In this document: piece by piece, positions 28,608 through 42,126 of the stretch | How positions within the stretch are numbered: the stretch's first letter is position 1 | Layout: each line of letters opens with the position of its first letter | DNA from: Wallemia ichthyophaga EXF-994 | Taxonomy: Eukaryota; Fungi; Basidiomycota | Assembly: GCF_000400465.1 (NCBI RefSeq) | Contig: NW_008806280.1 | Location: 20,001-268,000 of the forward strand | Length of the DNA stretch: 248,000 nt | Direction: 5' to 3' | Notes under the pieces: model-generated | Told to the model about the DNA's origin: nothing | The model's input: only the letters and a program-made list of their open reading frames with translations | Databases searched by the model: none | Program-made: the position numbers and the translations under genes

Positions 28608-29148
28608 ATGTCTTCTGCAGCCCACGCCAACCCAGCATTCTCCAAGAAGAACAAAGGTTCCGAAGGTATCAACTCAAAGCTTCAGCTCGTTGTCAAGTCG
28701 GGCAAGTACACGCTCGGCTACAAGTCTGCATTGAAGCAATTGAGATCTGGCAAGGGTGAGTTTTGATTATTATAAGAATACTCAGTCGATTATCTGGCAT
28801 CGCACAGCGTGACTCAAGGTCGCTGCTAGAACTGGAGCCTCTGTTAATCACATTTGGCTGAGAAGGTTCTCTCTTACTCCCCACTAACACTCTCTCTCAG
28901 CCAAGCTCGTCCTCATCGCAGGCAACTGCCCACCTTTGCGCAAGTCTGAGCTCGAGTACTTTGCCATGCTTTCAAAGACAGCTGTTCACCACTACTCGGG
29001 CTCAAACGTCGCCCTCGGTACCGCTGCTGGTAAGCTTTTCCGCGTCGGTGTCCTCACCATCCAAGACCAAGGTGACTCTGACATTGTGAGTTGAAAATTT
29101 TACCCCTTTCTATGTCTTACACACCAACAGCTCTCATCATTCGAATAA
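28608..29148 (+). CDS. RPL30: 60S ribosomal protein L30e
   Basis: [19 protein letters not shown]; [16 protein letters not shown]. Confidence 0.95.
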
Positions 29149-29280
29149 GTTTGTTGATTGATTTGTAACTGGAGTCATTTATTGGATTGAGTCGAATACG
29201 AAGAGGTGTGTTTTGAGTGTTTATACTCCCGAGTGCCATGTCTTTTAGCTATAATGTCGAATAAATAAATACAAGTGCTT

Positions 29281-30211
29281 CTAAGAAAACTTCCATCTGT
29301 TGTTACACACCGTGCACGTAACAAACGTAGTCATTGGCTCATCCGCCGATCGCGTCTGCATTTGATAGTAGGTACACTTCCTCTGCTTGCATCTACCGCA
29401 TTTGAATGAATCTGTCTCAGCTTGCTGTGGACCAGCGCCTCTAGCCTTGAATAAGTTATTCAACTCCAAAGCTCTATCCTGCTGTTTACGCTCCTCGGAA
29501 GCCATATCGCCTGAGGACATTCTACAGAAGATATCTGCAGGAGTATCACCGGAAATAACTGCAGCTCTAAGGGTAGGATTCTTCTTGTCTTTGAGGTTGA
29601 GCATCAGTGAGCGAATCTTTTTTTTATAGTCTTCTGCAGTGGAACCATTGTTATCATCGAGGACAGTGACTTCAATTGCGAGAGCTCTGTCCATAATAAG
29701 CTCAGAAGGTGCAGACGAGTCGAACACCATAGCATTGTAAAGCAAAGAGAGACAGGTATCGCGTGTTTTGTCGTTAAGTTTCTCGAAATCGACGTTATCA
29801 GTTTTACCTGAGCGTGGTTTGTCGTTTGTGGTGGTATTGGCTGTGGGACTAGACTCAGAAACTTCCTTGGGCTTCTTGGTAACATCATTCTTCCATTTCT
29901 TAACAATTTCCTTGGCTAAGTCGCTAATCTGCCTATTTTCATGGGAGCGCAGCTTACCCACAGCCAAACCAACTTTAGTTTCCTGGGATTGGATATAATG
30001 AGAACAAGGCGATTGAATACATCAAAACACACCCTTATGATATCCTCTGTAGCCGTTAATTCCTCTTTCAACGCCTTGAGTATCTCTATCATCACCTGCA
30101 ATTCCATTAGAGGGTACAACAACAACAACGGCCAATACACACGTCACTCTTCCCAGACGCCTGAGAAGCCTGCAATTCAGTTCTCAGCTTGTTCACCGTT
30201 TTCACGTCCAT
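29281..30211 (-). CDS. DST1: Transcription elongation factor TFIIS
   Basis: QMQTRSADEPMTTFVTC. Confidence 0.95.
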
Positions 30212-30263
30212 TTTCGTGGTGGTGGAAGTCAACGACTCCTCTCTACCTTCACCAAGAAGCCCA

Positions 30264-30669
30264 ATGAGATTAGAAAAATTAGCAAAATTATCTTTCAGGT
30301 TTCCAACCAACGTACAGCCATTAGAGAGGCGTTTCCAATCAGGTCTTCTTGACGGCCGTAATCGTCAAAGTGGTTATAACGTTTCATTTTCAGAGGTGTG
30401 TTTGGGTTTATAAAGGGTTTAGCACCTCTAATACACCCTAGCGACACACCAGAAGAAGCTGGTATCCAAATATTCAAAATAAGCGTCTATTCTCAGATAC
30501 TCTACAGGACTTTGTGAAGATGAAAGTATCTACAAAGGCCTTACGTAGTATTGATAGATTTGGTGGTTTAGACAATTACCTCCTCAAAACAAGCGATGAC
30601 AAACTCGGTTTATATGGTAGAGCATTGCGGAGGTCTATCCTCGACAAGCAGCTTGTTGGAAAACAATAA
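30264..30669 (+). CDS. MRPL24: Mitochondrial ribosomal protein bL28m
   Basis: RFQSGL..G....GYNVS; IDRFGGLDNYLL. Confidence 0.75.
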
Positions 30670-30702
30670 AAATTATGCATAAAATCATTTCATCTACTTT
30701 AT

Positions 30703-31662
30703 CTACTTTACTTGTGCCCTTCTCTTTCCAATTTGCGCTTGGAATCCTGATTTGATTGCTGCAACTGATCTACGCGATCCACAAGACTCACATGTCATGA
30801 AGTAGAGTCTATTCTCCTTTGTTAGGTTAGTTTCTGGTGATTTGCATGTCTTGCAAGTGACATATTCAATGATATATCTTCTTAGCACATTCTCAATCTG
30901 CTTCTGTTGAAATCTACCTCTAATAACCAATCTTTGTGATCCATCGACGGAACCAGATGTACCCAACTCCGCAAATAGGAATTGTATCAAATGTTCTGGT
31001 TGTCTGTGCATCTTTTTACAGATATCTGCTATGTTAGCAAATGCTGTCTTCTTATTACCATCTTTAACAACCTGAGGTGGTGCAATGGTGTATCTCTTTG
31101 CACCGGTGACTAAGGCTGGGTTTTGAGAGTGAAGAAGTTTAAAAGTACGTGAAAGGAGTTCTTTGTACGTGTAGTCTCTTTCAGTACCCAACCAAGGTTC
31201 ACCATTGTCATTTGATGATTCTGAGAGTGGGTCTAAACCATTTCCAGCGGTATCACCAGCTGTTTCACCACTCTCACCTTGGATCTGGGCATTTGAAGAG
31301 CTTCCTTGGTCTAATTCCTTATCGAAAGCATCCAAATCAAAAGCTTTCTTCTTGCTGCTGCTCTTCTTTTTCTTTTTCAAGTCTGAGAATTCATCTGGTT
31401 GATCTTCTTCTTGAACTGGGGAATGCTCTGGCTGCTCAGATTTCTCAGATATCTCACCCTTTTCACTCTTATCAGACTTCTTTTTAGATTTCTTTTTTAA
31501 TCCAGAGAATAAATCTGATTCTTCTGCACCTTCTGGGGTGTCTGCTTGTCCAGCCTGAGCGTCTAAATCATCAAAATTTACAGCTTTCTTTTTCTTCTTC
31601 TTCAAAGCTGGATCAATTGAAAGATCTTGGTCTTGTTTGGTTGGAACGTGTGCGTCTGTCAT
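30703..31662 (-). CDS. SUI3: eIF2 beta subunit
   Basis: Three poly-Lys boxes, [15 protein letters not shown]-terminal Zn ribbon. Confidence 0.95.
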   Translation of the reverse strand: MTDAHVPTKQDQDLSIDPALKKKKKKAVNFDDLDAQAGQADTPEGAEESDLFSGLKKKSKKKSDKSEKGEISEKSEQPEHSPVQEEDQPDEFSDLKKKKKSSSKKKAFDLDAFDKELDQGSSSNAQIQGESGETAGDTAGNGLDPLSESSNDNGEPWLGTERDYTYKELLSRTFKLLHSQNPALVTGAKRYTIAPPQVVKDGNKKTAFANIADICKKMHRQPEHLIQFLFAELGTSGSVDGSQRLVIRGRFQQKQIENVLRRYIIEYVTCKTCKSPETNLTKENRLYFMTCESCGSRRSVAAIKSGFQAQIGKRRAQVK

Positions 31663-31846
31663 GAGGTGGCTTAAAAACAGTGTTGGTCGCTGTGAGCTAA
31701 GGAGGGGAGAACGAATAAATTAATATTAACAAATTACTAGAATTAACCAAAATAACAGTACAAATCAATTTAATTTATTTTCATATTTCCATTTTATCGA
31801 TTTTACAAGTTGGTACAAGTTGTACTCCGACGACGACGACGACACG

Positions 31847-32749
31847 ATGCTTAGAGCGGCAACGACAATCAGACCAGCTTTAAAAACTTCAGTTCAGCCT
31901 GCAATGGCAGCGAGAACCTTCTCTTCCACCTCCCCTGCCGCTGAAACTCTCCGTGAAATTGAGCAACGTCTTAAATCCGTAAAGAACATTGAAAAGATCA
32001 CAAAGTCTATGAAAATGATTGCCTCTACAAAGCTCACAAAGGCTCAAAGGGCTATGAACACTGCCATTCAATACGGCAAGACTAACAGTGAAATATTCGA
32101 CCAATCACAAGTCCAAGCTCCTGAAAACGCAAAGTCTTTATGGATTGTTGTTTCCTCTGACTCTGGTTTGTGTGGTGGTATCCACTCCTCCGTTTCCAAG
32201 TACACAAAGCGTGGTATTATTGAGGAAGGTAGTGAAGAACACCCAATCGTTATCCTTGGTGACAGAGCACGTAACCAACTTCAGCGTTCAAACCCAAGCG
32301 ACGTCAAACTCTCTTTCAACCAAATTGGTAAACAAATTCCAACTTTCACTGACGCTGCTGCCATCGCAGACACTATCCTCACTTCAGACATTGAATTTGA
32401 TCAAGTAAACCTCGTCTACAACCAATACACTTCTCAAATTGGTTACGACGCTAACACCATCAAAGCCTACACTGAGAAAATTCTCAGTCAATCTCAAGGT
32501 TTCAAGTCTTATGAGCAAGAAGAGGAGGCAACCAAAGACCTCGCTCAATTCTCATTCGCCAACGCTATCTACGCTGCACTCGTTGAAGGTCACGCCTCTG
32601 AAATCAACGCCCGTAGAAACGCAATGGACAACGCCTCAAAGAACGCAGGTGAAATGATCAACAACCTCAACCTCAAGTACAACCGTGGTCGTCAAGCCCA
32701 AATCACCAACGAGCTTATCGAAGTTATCACTGGTGCTTCTTCACTTTAG
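31847..32749 (+). CDS. ATP3: ATP synthase F1 gamma subunit
   Basis: RLKSVKNIEKITKSMK, RQAQITNELIEV. Confidence 0.95.
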   Translation: MLRAATTIRPALKTSVQPAMAARTFSSTSPAAETLREIEQRLKSVKNIEKITKSMKMIASTKLTKAQRAMNTAIQYGKTNSEIFDQSQVQAPENAKSLWIVVSSDSGLCGGIHSSVSKYTKRGIIEEGSEEHPIVILGDRARNQLQRSNPSDVKLSFNQIGKQIPTFTDAAAIADTILTSDIEFDQVNLVYNQYTSQIGYDANTIKAYTEKILSQSQGFKSYEQEEEATKDLAQFSFANAIYAALVEGHASEINARRNAMDNASKNAGEMINNLNLKYNRGRQAQITNELIEVITGASSL

Positions 32750-32983
32750 ACTTGATCACTTTATAGTACTTGTAGAGCGTGTCTATCTAAAATATCTTTC
32801 TTCAAATGAATTTAAACTAAATTTCAAATTAAATGGGATTGATTGAAAATTGGCATTTCATTGGCATAACCACGCTGTCTTCCCTCTTACCCACCCAAAT
32901 ACAAAATTCTTATACGCACAGCGTTACGAGCAGCGAGCATAAGAAGAAGAATTTCAATACCACCAATTAGATTTATAGGCAGA

Positions 32984-35236
32984 ATGAATCACCCAGAGCA
33001 ATCCAATAACTTGGAAGCACAAGTGCAAGCGCAACCACAGCCACAAGCAAACACCCAAAAACAATCTAAAAAGGATAAAAAGGCTTCAAATACCTCAAAG
33101 AATCCTATTGAAATGACCCCTCCTCCTGCTTACCTCAAAGAGCGTCTCGATATCTGGGACAGGCTTAAAGAAGCTGCAGACGCTGAATTAGCTTCAAAGC
33201 CAAGAGGCCCTATCACTATTACTCTTCCAGATGGCAAGCAGCAGCAAGGAACTTCATATGAAACAACTCCAATGGAACTCGTTAAAGCTATTGCTTCCTC
33301 ACTTGCAGATAGAACCGTTATTTCTAAGGTGAACGGTGCTCTCTGGGATCTAGAAAGACCTTTCGAACAAGACAGCAACGTTGAATTTTTAGATTTCAAC
33401 ACAGAGGAAGGTCAACAAGTTTTCTGGCACTCCTCAGCTCACGTTCTCGGTGAGGCTTGTGAGAGGCACTATGGCAGTCACTTAGCTGTCGGTCCTCCAA
33501 CTGACGACGGTTTCTTCTACGAAATGGCCATCCAAGACCGTATGGTGTATCAGGAGGACTACCAGCCACTTGAGCAAATTGCAAATAGCGCAATCAAGGA
33601 GAAACAGCCATTTGAAAGACTTATGGTATCTAAGGAGAAGCTCTTGGAGTTGTTTGCTTACAACAAGTACAAGCAGTACATCATCTCTTCAAAAATCCCT
33701 GACGGCACCTCCACTACCGTCTACAGATGCGGTCCAATGATCGATTTGTGTAGAGGTCCACACATCCCCCACACTGGAAAGATCAAAGCTTTCAATGTCA
33801 ACAAGCACTCTGCGTCTTACTTCCTCGGTGATGCTAAGAATGACTCGTTGCAGCGTGTCTATGGTATCGCCTTCCCTGACAAAAAGCAGATGGTTGAATA
33901 CAAGCACTTTATAGCTGAAGCTTCAAAGCGTGACCACAGAAAGATTGGCAAAGAACAAGAACTTTTCTTCTTCCATGAACTATCTCCAGGTAGTTGCTTC
34001 TTCTTGCCAAATGGTACGAGAATCTACAACACCCTGCTCGACTTTTTGAAAAAGGAGTACCATGCGCGCGGATACCAAGAAGTTATCACCCCCAACATGT
34101 TCAACACCAAGGTTTGGGAGACTTCCGGTCACTGGCAGAACTATGCCGAAAACATGTTTTCATTAGACATTGAAAAGGAGAAGTTCGCATTGAAGCCTAT
34201 GAACTGTCCAGGTCATTGTTTATTATTCGACATGCGCGACCGTTCTTACAAAGAACTACCGTTCCGCGTTGCGGACTTTGGTGTCCTCCACCGCAACGAG
34301 GCGTCTGGCGCGTTGACTGGGTTGACTAGGGTGAGAAGATTCCAGCAAGACGATGCGCATATATTCTGTCGCAAGGATCAAATAGAGAATGAGTTCTCCG
34401 ATCTGTTCGATTTCCTCGAGAAAGTCTATGGGATTTGTGGGTTCGACTTCAAGTTGAAATTGTCCACTAGACCCGAGAAGTATCTCGGTAAGGTAGAGGA
34501 CTGGGATCAGGCCGAAAAGAACCTCTCCAACGCACTTGAGAAGTTTGTACCTGGTAAATGGGAACTCAACCCTGGCGATGGAGCATTCTACGGTCCAAAG
34601 ATCGATATTACGATCAGTGATGCACTCAGACGTAACCACCAGTGTGCTACTATCCAACTAGACTTCCAACTCCCAGAGAGATTCAAGCTGCGGTACCGCA
34701 CCGGCAACGACGAAGACTTTATCCAGAACGATGATGGGTCTATTGAGAAGGGCTTTGACAGACCGGTTATTATCCACAGGGCTATTCTCGGCTCGCTAGA
34801 GCGTTTCATAGCGATTGTCACTGAACACTTTGGCGGCAAGTGGTGAGTTGTTGACGGCGTGATGGTGTTCACTACCTCTAACAGTTCCAACAGGCCATTC
34901 TGGCTGTCGCCAAGACAAGCCATCATTATCCCCGTTGCGCACAAGTACGACGACTACGCTCATTCCCTCCAGAAACAGCTGTGGGATAATGAAATTATTT
35001 CCGAGGTGGATGCTGGAGAGAACACGCTGCCCAAGAAGATACGTAATGCTGAAATGGCTCAGCATAACTTCATTTTCGTCGTAGGTCAGGAGGAGGTAGA
35101 CGGCAAGTCGGTCAACGTTCGCAATCGCGATGATGCTGGCTCTAAAGCTAAAACTCCTACTGTGCCTTTCGCCGAGGTGCTCCAGCAGATGGTGCGTCTT
35201 AAGGATGAGAAAAGACTTGAGAATAGGTTGTTTTAG
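32984..35236 (+). CDS. THS1: Cytoplasmic threonyl-tRNA synthetase
   Basis: [37 protein letters not shown]. Confidence 0.95.
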
Positions 35237-35351
35237 GTGGTGGTAGTAGTATTTTAATTTCATTCATTTCATTTCACTTTATACAATTTACACTTGACAA
35301 TTTCAATTTCACTTTCGCTTTCTGCGCTACTGATATTGCTATCAGTCACAC

Positions 35352-35750
35352 TTAAACATTGTTCTGTCGCCCCAGCTGGTCACTGTCGAGGCGTGGGTCC
35401 GCGGCGATATCGTGCGGGTGTTTGTGGTATTTCTTTCCATCACGACCGAGTGCGTCTTCCATGCGCGCGTCCGTGTGGCGATGTCCCGCTGCTTGTCCCT
35501 TGTTTGCGAGGTCATGTTCGAGGGAGTGCATCGCATCGCGAGGTGCCCTGGTCTCATTCAGTGGTGGTCCCTGCTTGATGAGGTCGTCGGCCATGTTGTG
35601 CTCTGTCGTTGCTGGCTTGCTTACGACTTGCGATGTTTTTTTGAATTTGTTCTGGTCGTTGGTTGTCGTGTGCATCTGCGGTGTTAGATTGGAAGAAACA
35701 GTAAACCAGCGGGCGGAATAGACAAGCCCTCTGTTCTCACGTAACATCAT
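35352..35750 (-). CDS. Hypothetical protein
   Basis: Hydrophilic ORF between THS1 and the MFS gene. Confidence 0.4.
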   Translation of the reverse strand: MMLRENRGLVYSARWFTVSSNLTPQMHTTTNDQNKFKKTSQVVSKPATTEHNMADDLIKQGPPLNETRAPRDAMHSLEHDLANKGQAAGHRHTDARMEDALGRDGKKYHKHPHDIAADPRLDSDQLGRQNNV

Positions 35751-35991
35751 AAATAAACTAACTGACGTAATTAATTGTTCCATCAAATTTTCACCCTTTA
35801 TCATCCATTCATATATCTTAGGCGCTTTGATTGTCCTGTTGTTTTGTATTAGCATATTCGTGAGCCATCTAGCTAAGGTGACTATCCCTCACGCTGAGAC
35901 ATCTGCACACACCACACCTTGAAAAAACCTCGTAAATCTAAATCTAAATGCAAAAGTATAGTACATAATCAGCAATCCGTGTTGAGTTACA

Positions 35992-37664
35992 TTACGCATG
36001 ACGCTTTTCACCAGGCTCCTCAAATGCCTGCTCCCTTCTAAACTCATCCTCTTCTTGTTCGCGTGTGATCTGCTTGCATACCCTAGATCTAGCTCTTAGC
36101 CAGCCACCAAAAACCAACAAAGTGAATGGGATGGAAGACAGTGCGAGCGCAATGAAACCGATTGTCGATGACGCCCATGGGAAAGACAGGTTATCGAACA
36201 TAGCGGTTGCGAAGAAAGGAAAAGTTGCACCAAGAAGATTTCTCAGTAATGCTTGTGCAGCTTGTGCAGATGAACTGTATTGCTCGTATGCGTCACCAAT
36301 GTAGGTGTAGACACCAGCGTAAATAGGGAAAATACCAAAGTTGACACCAATAACTGCAATCATCGATACCCATGGAGTGATCCATGGACGCGCTGTCCAC
36401 CCGAACATGAACTCGAACGCTCCGAATAACACAGCTCCGAGAGCTGCTTGGTATAGACGTGCTTCAGGTGGTGCAATATGCGTGACTGGATCTTTGCTTC
36501 TTTTGTAAAGTGCATTTTGACCAAAGTTGAGAAGCCATGCAAGGAATGCACCGATGAATCCACAAATCAACACGGTCCCGGACTCGCCTGTTGATCAGGT
36601 TAGACAGGGAATTTAAGGTAATCCAAACTAAAAAACCCACCCTGGTTGAAACCGTAGTTGACTTCGTATACATGTGGGGTAGCACCTGTGAAAAGGAAAA
36701 CCATGCCCCAGGCGAAACCAACCCACAGCGCCAAAGCCATAACGATTGGCTCGGTCAAAAGGTAAACAATAGGTCTAGCCAACGACTTTGACATTGCTCC
36801 TTTGAATGAATGTGCGGCATCTGTTTTGATCTTGAGGTCTGTACCATATGTCTTGTTGTAGTTGCGAACTTTCTTGTCGAGAATGACGTCATGGCGTGTT
36901 TCATCGAGGAGGAACATACACAAGAGGAAGACTGCGCCGTTCATCGCCATCTGCATCCAGTAAATGTTAGGCCAGTCGGTTTTGAATGCCAACCAGTTGC
37001 AACACAACGGACCGAGCGCGTTTGCAGTAAAGACGATGAGCGTGAATGTAGCCATGGCAACACCACGACCGTGATCACGATGGAAGAGATCAGTGATAAT
37101 ACCTGCGACGTGAGGACCCTCAATACTTGCAGCCAAACCCTGGAAAAGACGTGTGATGGATAGGGACTCGATGTTAGGAGCGAGCGCTTGCGGAAGGAAG
37201 AGGATAACGATGAGAAGAAGCAGACCGACAATCATTGGCCGTCTACCGTAGGACTCGGATAGAGGAGCGAGGAAAAGAGGTCCGAGACCCAAAGCAGCAT
37301 TGTAGGTGAAACTGGATGTGAGGAAGACGCTGCCGCTGATACCGAACTCTGCTGTGACACCTGCTTTGGCTGCTGAGTTACCTATAGAGAATGTGAGTAT
37401 GTAAAATAACCTCAACATAGCACATGGACCCACCTGAGAAAAATTTAGCTTTGAAGAATAAGCATGAGTGAAGCGTTACCCACCTGTTGCATTGAAGGCA
37501 GAAACAAAGTTGAGAAGAAGTGCCATGATATAACTCTTGGACTTCTTAGGCATTGACCATTCCCAAGGGAGCTCCTGCCCCACAAGCTCCAAGTCGATAG
37601 GCGGAGGATCGTCGTGGTTCTTGACTTCAGACATTTGGTCCTTCTTGAACTTGTCGAAAAGCAT
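35992..37664 (-). CDS. MFS transporter, DHA1 family
   Basis: APLSESYGRRP, LLTEPIV, 12-TM pattern. Confidence 0.9.
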
Positions 37665-38387
37665 AACAGCCGATTTAGAAGAGAAGAGTGTAACTGGCGG
37701 TATGAATGCGTGGGGATGACGAACAACCTAAATTTGGAAGGTTGTTTGTGGTGATTGTTCAGTGAAAACTTGTAACCGAGAATATATTTGTCTTTATCAG
37801 TGCCGCTCACGTGGTTATCATTTTTAGCTGGGCCGTACTCCGAGGACCTTGGCGAATAAGAATTTTTGTGTTGATAAATTATTATGTGCAAAAGTAGCAG
37901 TGTTTGACAATAGACAAAGAAATACCAAGACTAATGTTGCCAAGCAGCCAAGCAAACCCAAGCCTTACCCAATTCCATCTACGAAGAATTCGAAGATTTT
38001 CCGGACTTCTGAAATCTCTGATCGAGGTGGCGGCGGAAATCGCGGAGTTGCAGGGGCGTATTCATAGCTTTACATGGTAGGCTTTGAGCAGATTTTATCC
38101 ACCAAGTTCCCTATTACGTGTGCTACCCGCTTAGCCGAAGCGAGGGTATGCGAAGGTGCAGAGAATTGGAGCAACTGTCAGAGGATACAAAAATATCTTC
38201 TATAGCAAATCACATGCTTATTGTAGGATTTTGAGTGCAATAGATTTTACACCGCTTGTTCAGGTCTGTCGGGGGCAGTGAACGTGTACCAGACTGTACG
38301 AGCGTTACATGATCGACTAAGGCCTCAGGTCGATGAGCACTCCCTAAACATCCATCCAATGCCCGTAATATATCTTAGACCTTGACT

Positions 38388-39682
38388 ATGATCACAGCCG
38401 TCGTTTCAACGGCCGTATCTCAGCTATTGGACATAATTCTCAGCGCATATGTCTACAATGGCGAATTTCGGTATCCATTTTTCATCACTTTCACTGAATT
38501 TGCTATCTTGGCAGTATTTGCGAGGATTTACACCTCGATTCGCACGAGTAAATGTGCTGGGCGGGAAGCCAAGAACGACGACACACTCTCAGCCTCTCAA
38601 TATCCTCGAGTGCCCAAAGTTTCGTACCTCTTTACGCTCCTCTTGGCTGTTTCCTGGTTTCTTATGAGGATCTTGTTCAATCTGAGCCACGTCCAGGTCC
38701 GAATCGGGCGGGCATCTGAGGTGGGGGTGATGCTGTCAATAGTATTCTACTAACGTAAAAAGGCTGCCATCCCTTTTTTGCTACTACCCGCATGCTCTTA
38801 TTTTAATTTGATCCACATCGACGCACCGACCGCCGCTGTAAGCAGTACCACGTGAGCATTATTAATTCTAACACCCCTACAGCTTACTATAGCAAGCTCC
38901 TTGACTCTTATTGTTAATGGCGCTGTCAACGCTGAATCTATATCTGCCCCTGCCGTGCTCCTCCAAGTTGCTAGAGTTGTCGTACGTCATTGCCCTTATC
39001 ATCGCGAGGGTGTCTAACGATTCGTTGCAGTCGCAAGCTATATTCTTAACCTGCCTCAATAAAACAATCAAGGACCATCACAGGAATCCTATCTTTGCCC
39101 TCAATGCTTATGCTCCCTATGCTGCACTTATCTCTTTGATTGGCTCGGTGGCTTTCGAGGGTGCGCGTTATCTGCGCTTTCTATTCTGTCCGCTGACACT
39201 CATTACGTATTTTAGGAATTGTCCCCCTCCACGACCTGCCGATAATTGGTTTGGTGATTCTCTTGGAGAATGTGCTCTTCTTCTTAGCCAACCAGATATC
39301 AGTAGCCTTTTTGTTACACGTAAGTTTAGTCCAGTATATTGAAGACATATCTCAAACGACACAGAAATCAAATGTTATTGCCTGGTCTAGCGTTTCTCAT
39401 CTAATTACGGTGAGCTTAGTTTTAATATCGATGTTCGTAACAAAGCAAGCACTGCCGCTTGGACAAGCAGTCGTTACGACCTGCTCAGCCTTCTTATCTA
39501 TGTTGCTCCTCCGCACACAATTTCTGAAGCATGAGAAGGCGACTCCACCAACAACAAAGATTCACCTCCACAATCTTGCACCTCATTTGGACATTTCACA
39601 TGTCACTGGAATCCAACCGCTTAAAACACCACCAAATCTTAGTCGTACAAACAGCTCACAGCGTCTACAACATCCTCAATGA
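38388..39682 (+). CDS. Divergent TPT/nucleotide-sugar transporter-like protein
   Basis: FRYPFFIT motif and hydrophobic exons; splicing uncertain. Confidence 0.45.
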
Positions 39683-39762
39683 GGAATAATTGATAACTTG
39701 TATTTTACACTGTATAACAATTTTAATGGACATATGTTTTTTGCTTCGATCGCTTACGCTGA

Positions 39763-40926
39763 TGAGGGAGGATAAGAAGACAGTGACAGCGACGACAGCG
39801 GCAACAGCGGCAACAGCGACGCCAACAGGGTATTGGTACTACGTTGGATTGTATTTGATGTTCAATCTTGCTTTGACGCTGTTCAATAAAGCCGTTCTCG
39901 ATGACTTACCGTATCCATACACGCTCACTGCCGTACACGCTGCATCTAACGTAATTGGGTGTACGATTGCCAGGCTGTATGGACTATACGTGGGTGTCTG
40001 TTTGCAATTTAGACCCGCTGCTCATCCAGCACCTAGACGCCAGCGAAACTCTCAACAACGGAAATTGTGATTTTGATCTTCTTTGTGAGTTGGGGATAGT
40101 TTATAGTGCCCAATCTCAACCGCTGAAAGTCCACGCTGTACACCATCAACATTGCTGTGTCCAATCTGTCACTCAGTCTTGTCACAGTACCTGTTCACCA
40201 GGTGGGCATTTGATTGTTTATCGGGGTTAATCTTACGTTAGCTCAGATTATAAGGTCACTAGGACCTCTCTTCACCATGGCACTAGCTGTGCCTATCCTC
40301 GGATCTAAATTCTCAATACCCAAACTAGTGTCTTTGTTACCAGTAATCGCCGGTATCGCTCTGACGACATATGGCGAGATTAGCTTTACAGCACTCGGTC
40401 TGTTCCTCACATTCGCGGGTACAATCTTAGCAGCTTTCAAGACAGTCGTCACCAACTTGATGCAAACTGGTCAGCGATTCCAAATGCATCCTCTCGACTT
40501 ACTCCATTGGCTGTCTCCATTGGCGTTGGCGCAGTGTATCGCTTATGCCGTCTACACAGGCGAGTACTTTGAAGTATACAAGGATCTCTGGCCGATGCAT
40601 AACGTCTACAAGACTATCTTGGTGATTGCACTAAATGGTGCCCTTGCTTTCGGATTGAATGTTGTATCTTTCGTGTCGAATAAGAAGGTCGGACCACTTA
40701 CCATCTCAGTCGCTGCGAATATCAAGCAGGTACTCACTGTTGTTCTGTCTTTCTTCTTTTTTGAGTTGAGCGTTAGTCAAGTGGGCTTTGTGGGCATAGT
40801 TTTAGCTTTGCTGGGAGGTGTGTGATGATCGTTTCAGGTGGTTTGCTTACTTGATTAACCTCCAACTACAGGTCTTTGGTATGGCAGAGTGGAGTATAAT
40901 GACAAAAAACGCGCATTAACTTTGTA
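39763..40926 (+). CDS. Triose-phosphate/nucleotide-sugar transporter family
   Basis: FNLALTLFNKAVL..PYPYTLTAVH; NKKVGPLTISVAANIKQ. Confidence 0.85.
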
Positions 40927-40995
40927 GACCGCTTCTTACGCTCATGTACTATTAGTCTGTAGAATACAATAATTTATGTCTATGCTAAGGTGTGG

Positions 40996-41963
40996 CTACT
41001 GTTGAGCCAGCAACCAAGGTCTTTCATTCCAGAAGACGTCTTTGATAATGTCTACGTGCAATGTCTGTATGTCTCCGCGCGTGCCATCTATACCATCCTT
41101 GCGTATTTTTTCAATTCTTTTTTTTTCCTTGTAGGCACCATCCGATGGCACTTGAGGCAGTGAAGGAGGATCGCGCACCAGGACAGAACCTTTCTTGTAC
41201 ATTTCATTCAGCTGATTGTAGTTTATGCCGTAATCTTTGAACAGAATGTCATGCTTTTGAGATGAGACAGTGCCTTTCAACAGATTGTGTGCTTCCCTCT
41301 CTGTCTTCTTACCCTGCTGGACAATAGCCCAGAAGCAGGTGTTGTATAGGTTGTTTATATGTGCTGGGAGCGCTTTTAGTTTGAATATGTCAATAAACGC
41401 GCTTTAAAACCCACTATCGACTTGCCTCCAAGCGAAATAGTCGCGAACGTGTATAGTGAGGGGGTAAGTGATAATTCTACCGTCAAAAATGGGTGGATAA
41501 GCGAGTGGAATACTAAAGTGTCTGCTCCAATTGTACATAAAAGCTGAAGAAAACGCAGAAACAACCTGAGTCACTATCTTTGCTTTACGGCGATCATAGA
41601 TATGTGATTGAGGGCGCAAAAGGAAGCTTTTCGAGTGTGATTGTGAGTTTGGGTGCGAGGATTACTGGCATATTGACCCACCTATATTCATCACTCTCCC
41701 CGAAAGCCAAAATTACATCGTGGAGCTGCTGCATAACGAATTGAGCAGCGTCATTCATGCATTCTAAGGCTCGGCTATCATTTGGTTTCCTGAAATTATG
41801 TATATCGCTGAATCTAATTGCATTTTAGAGCGAATTGGAGTGCAAGATTGCTGTCACACCTGTGGAAGCTGTGACCATCTATTCTCACAACTGAGAAAGT
41901 ACTCGGGATCAATCTGTCGTGTTCCTCGAACTCCCGTACGTATCCGAATCTTGAGTTGGCCAT
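40996..41963 (-). CDS. THG1: tRNA(His) guanylyltransferase
   Basis: MANSRFGYVREFE..VVRIDG; DYFAWRQVD. Confidence 0.93.
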
Positions 41964-42126
41964 GTTGGTTGAAATAAGAAGAACATCCGAGTGGGTTAAC
42001 ATTTTAATCCTTTAAAGGAAAACCCTCAAATCCCCTGAGATTCGTCTAAAAATTAAATTTCTAAATTCAGAAATTAACCGTCATAAGCTTATCTTTCCAA
42101 CGACGACGGCGAGAAGAACTACGAAG

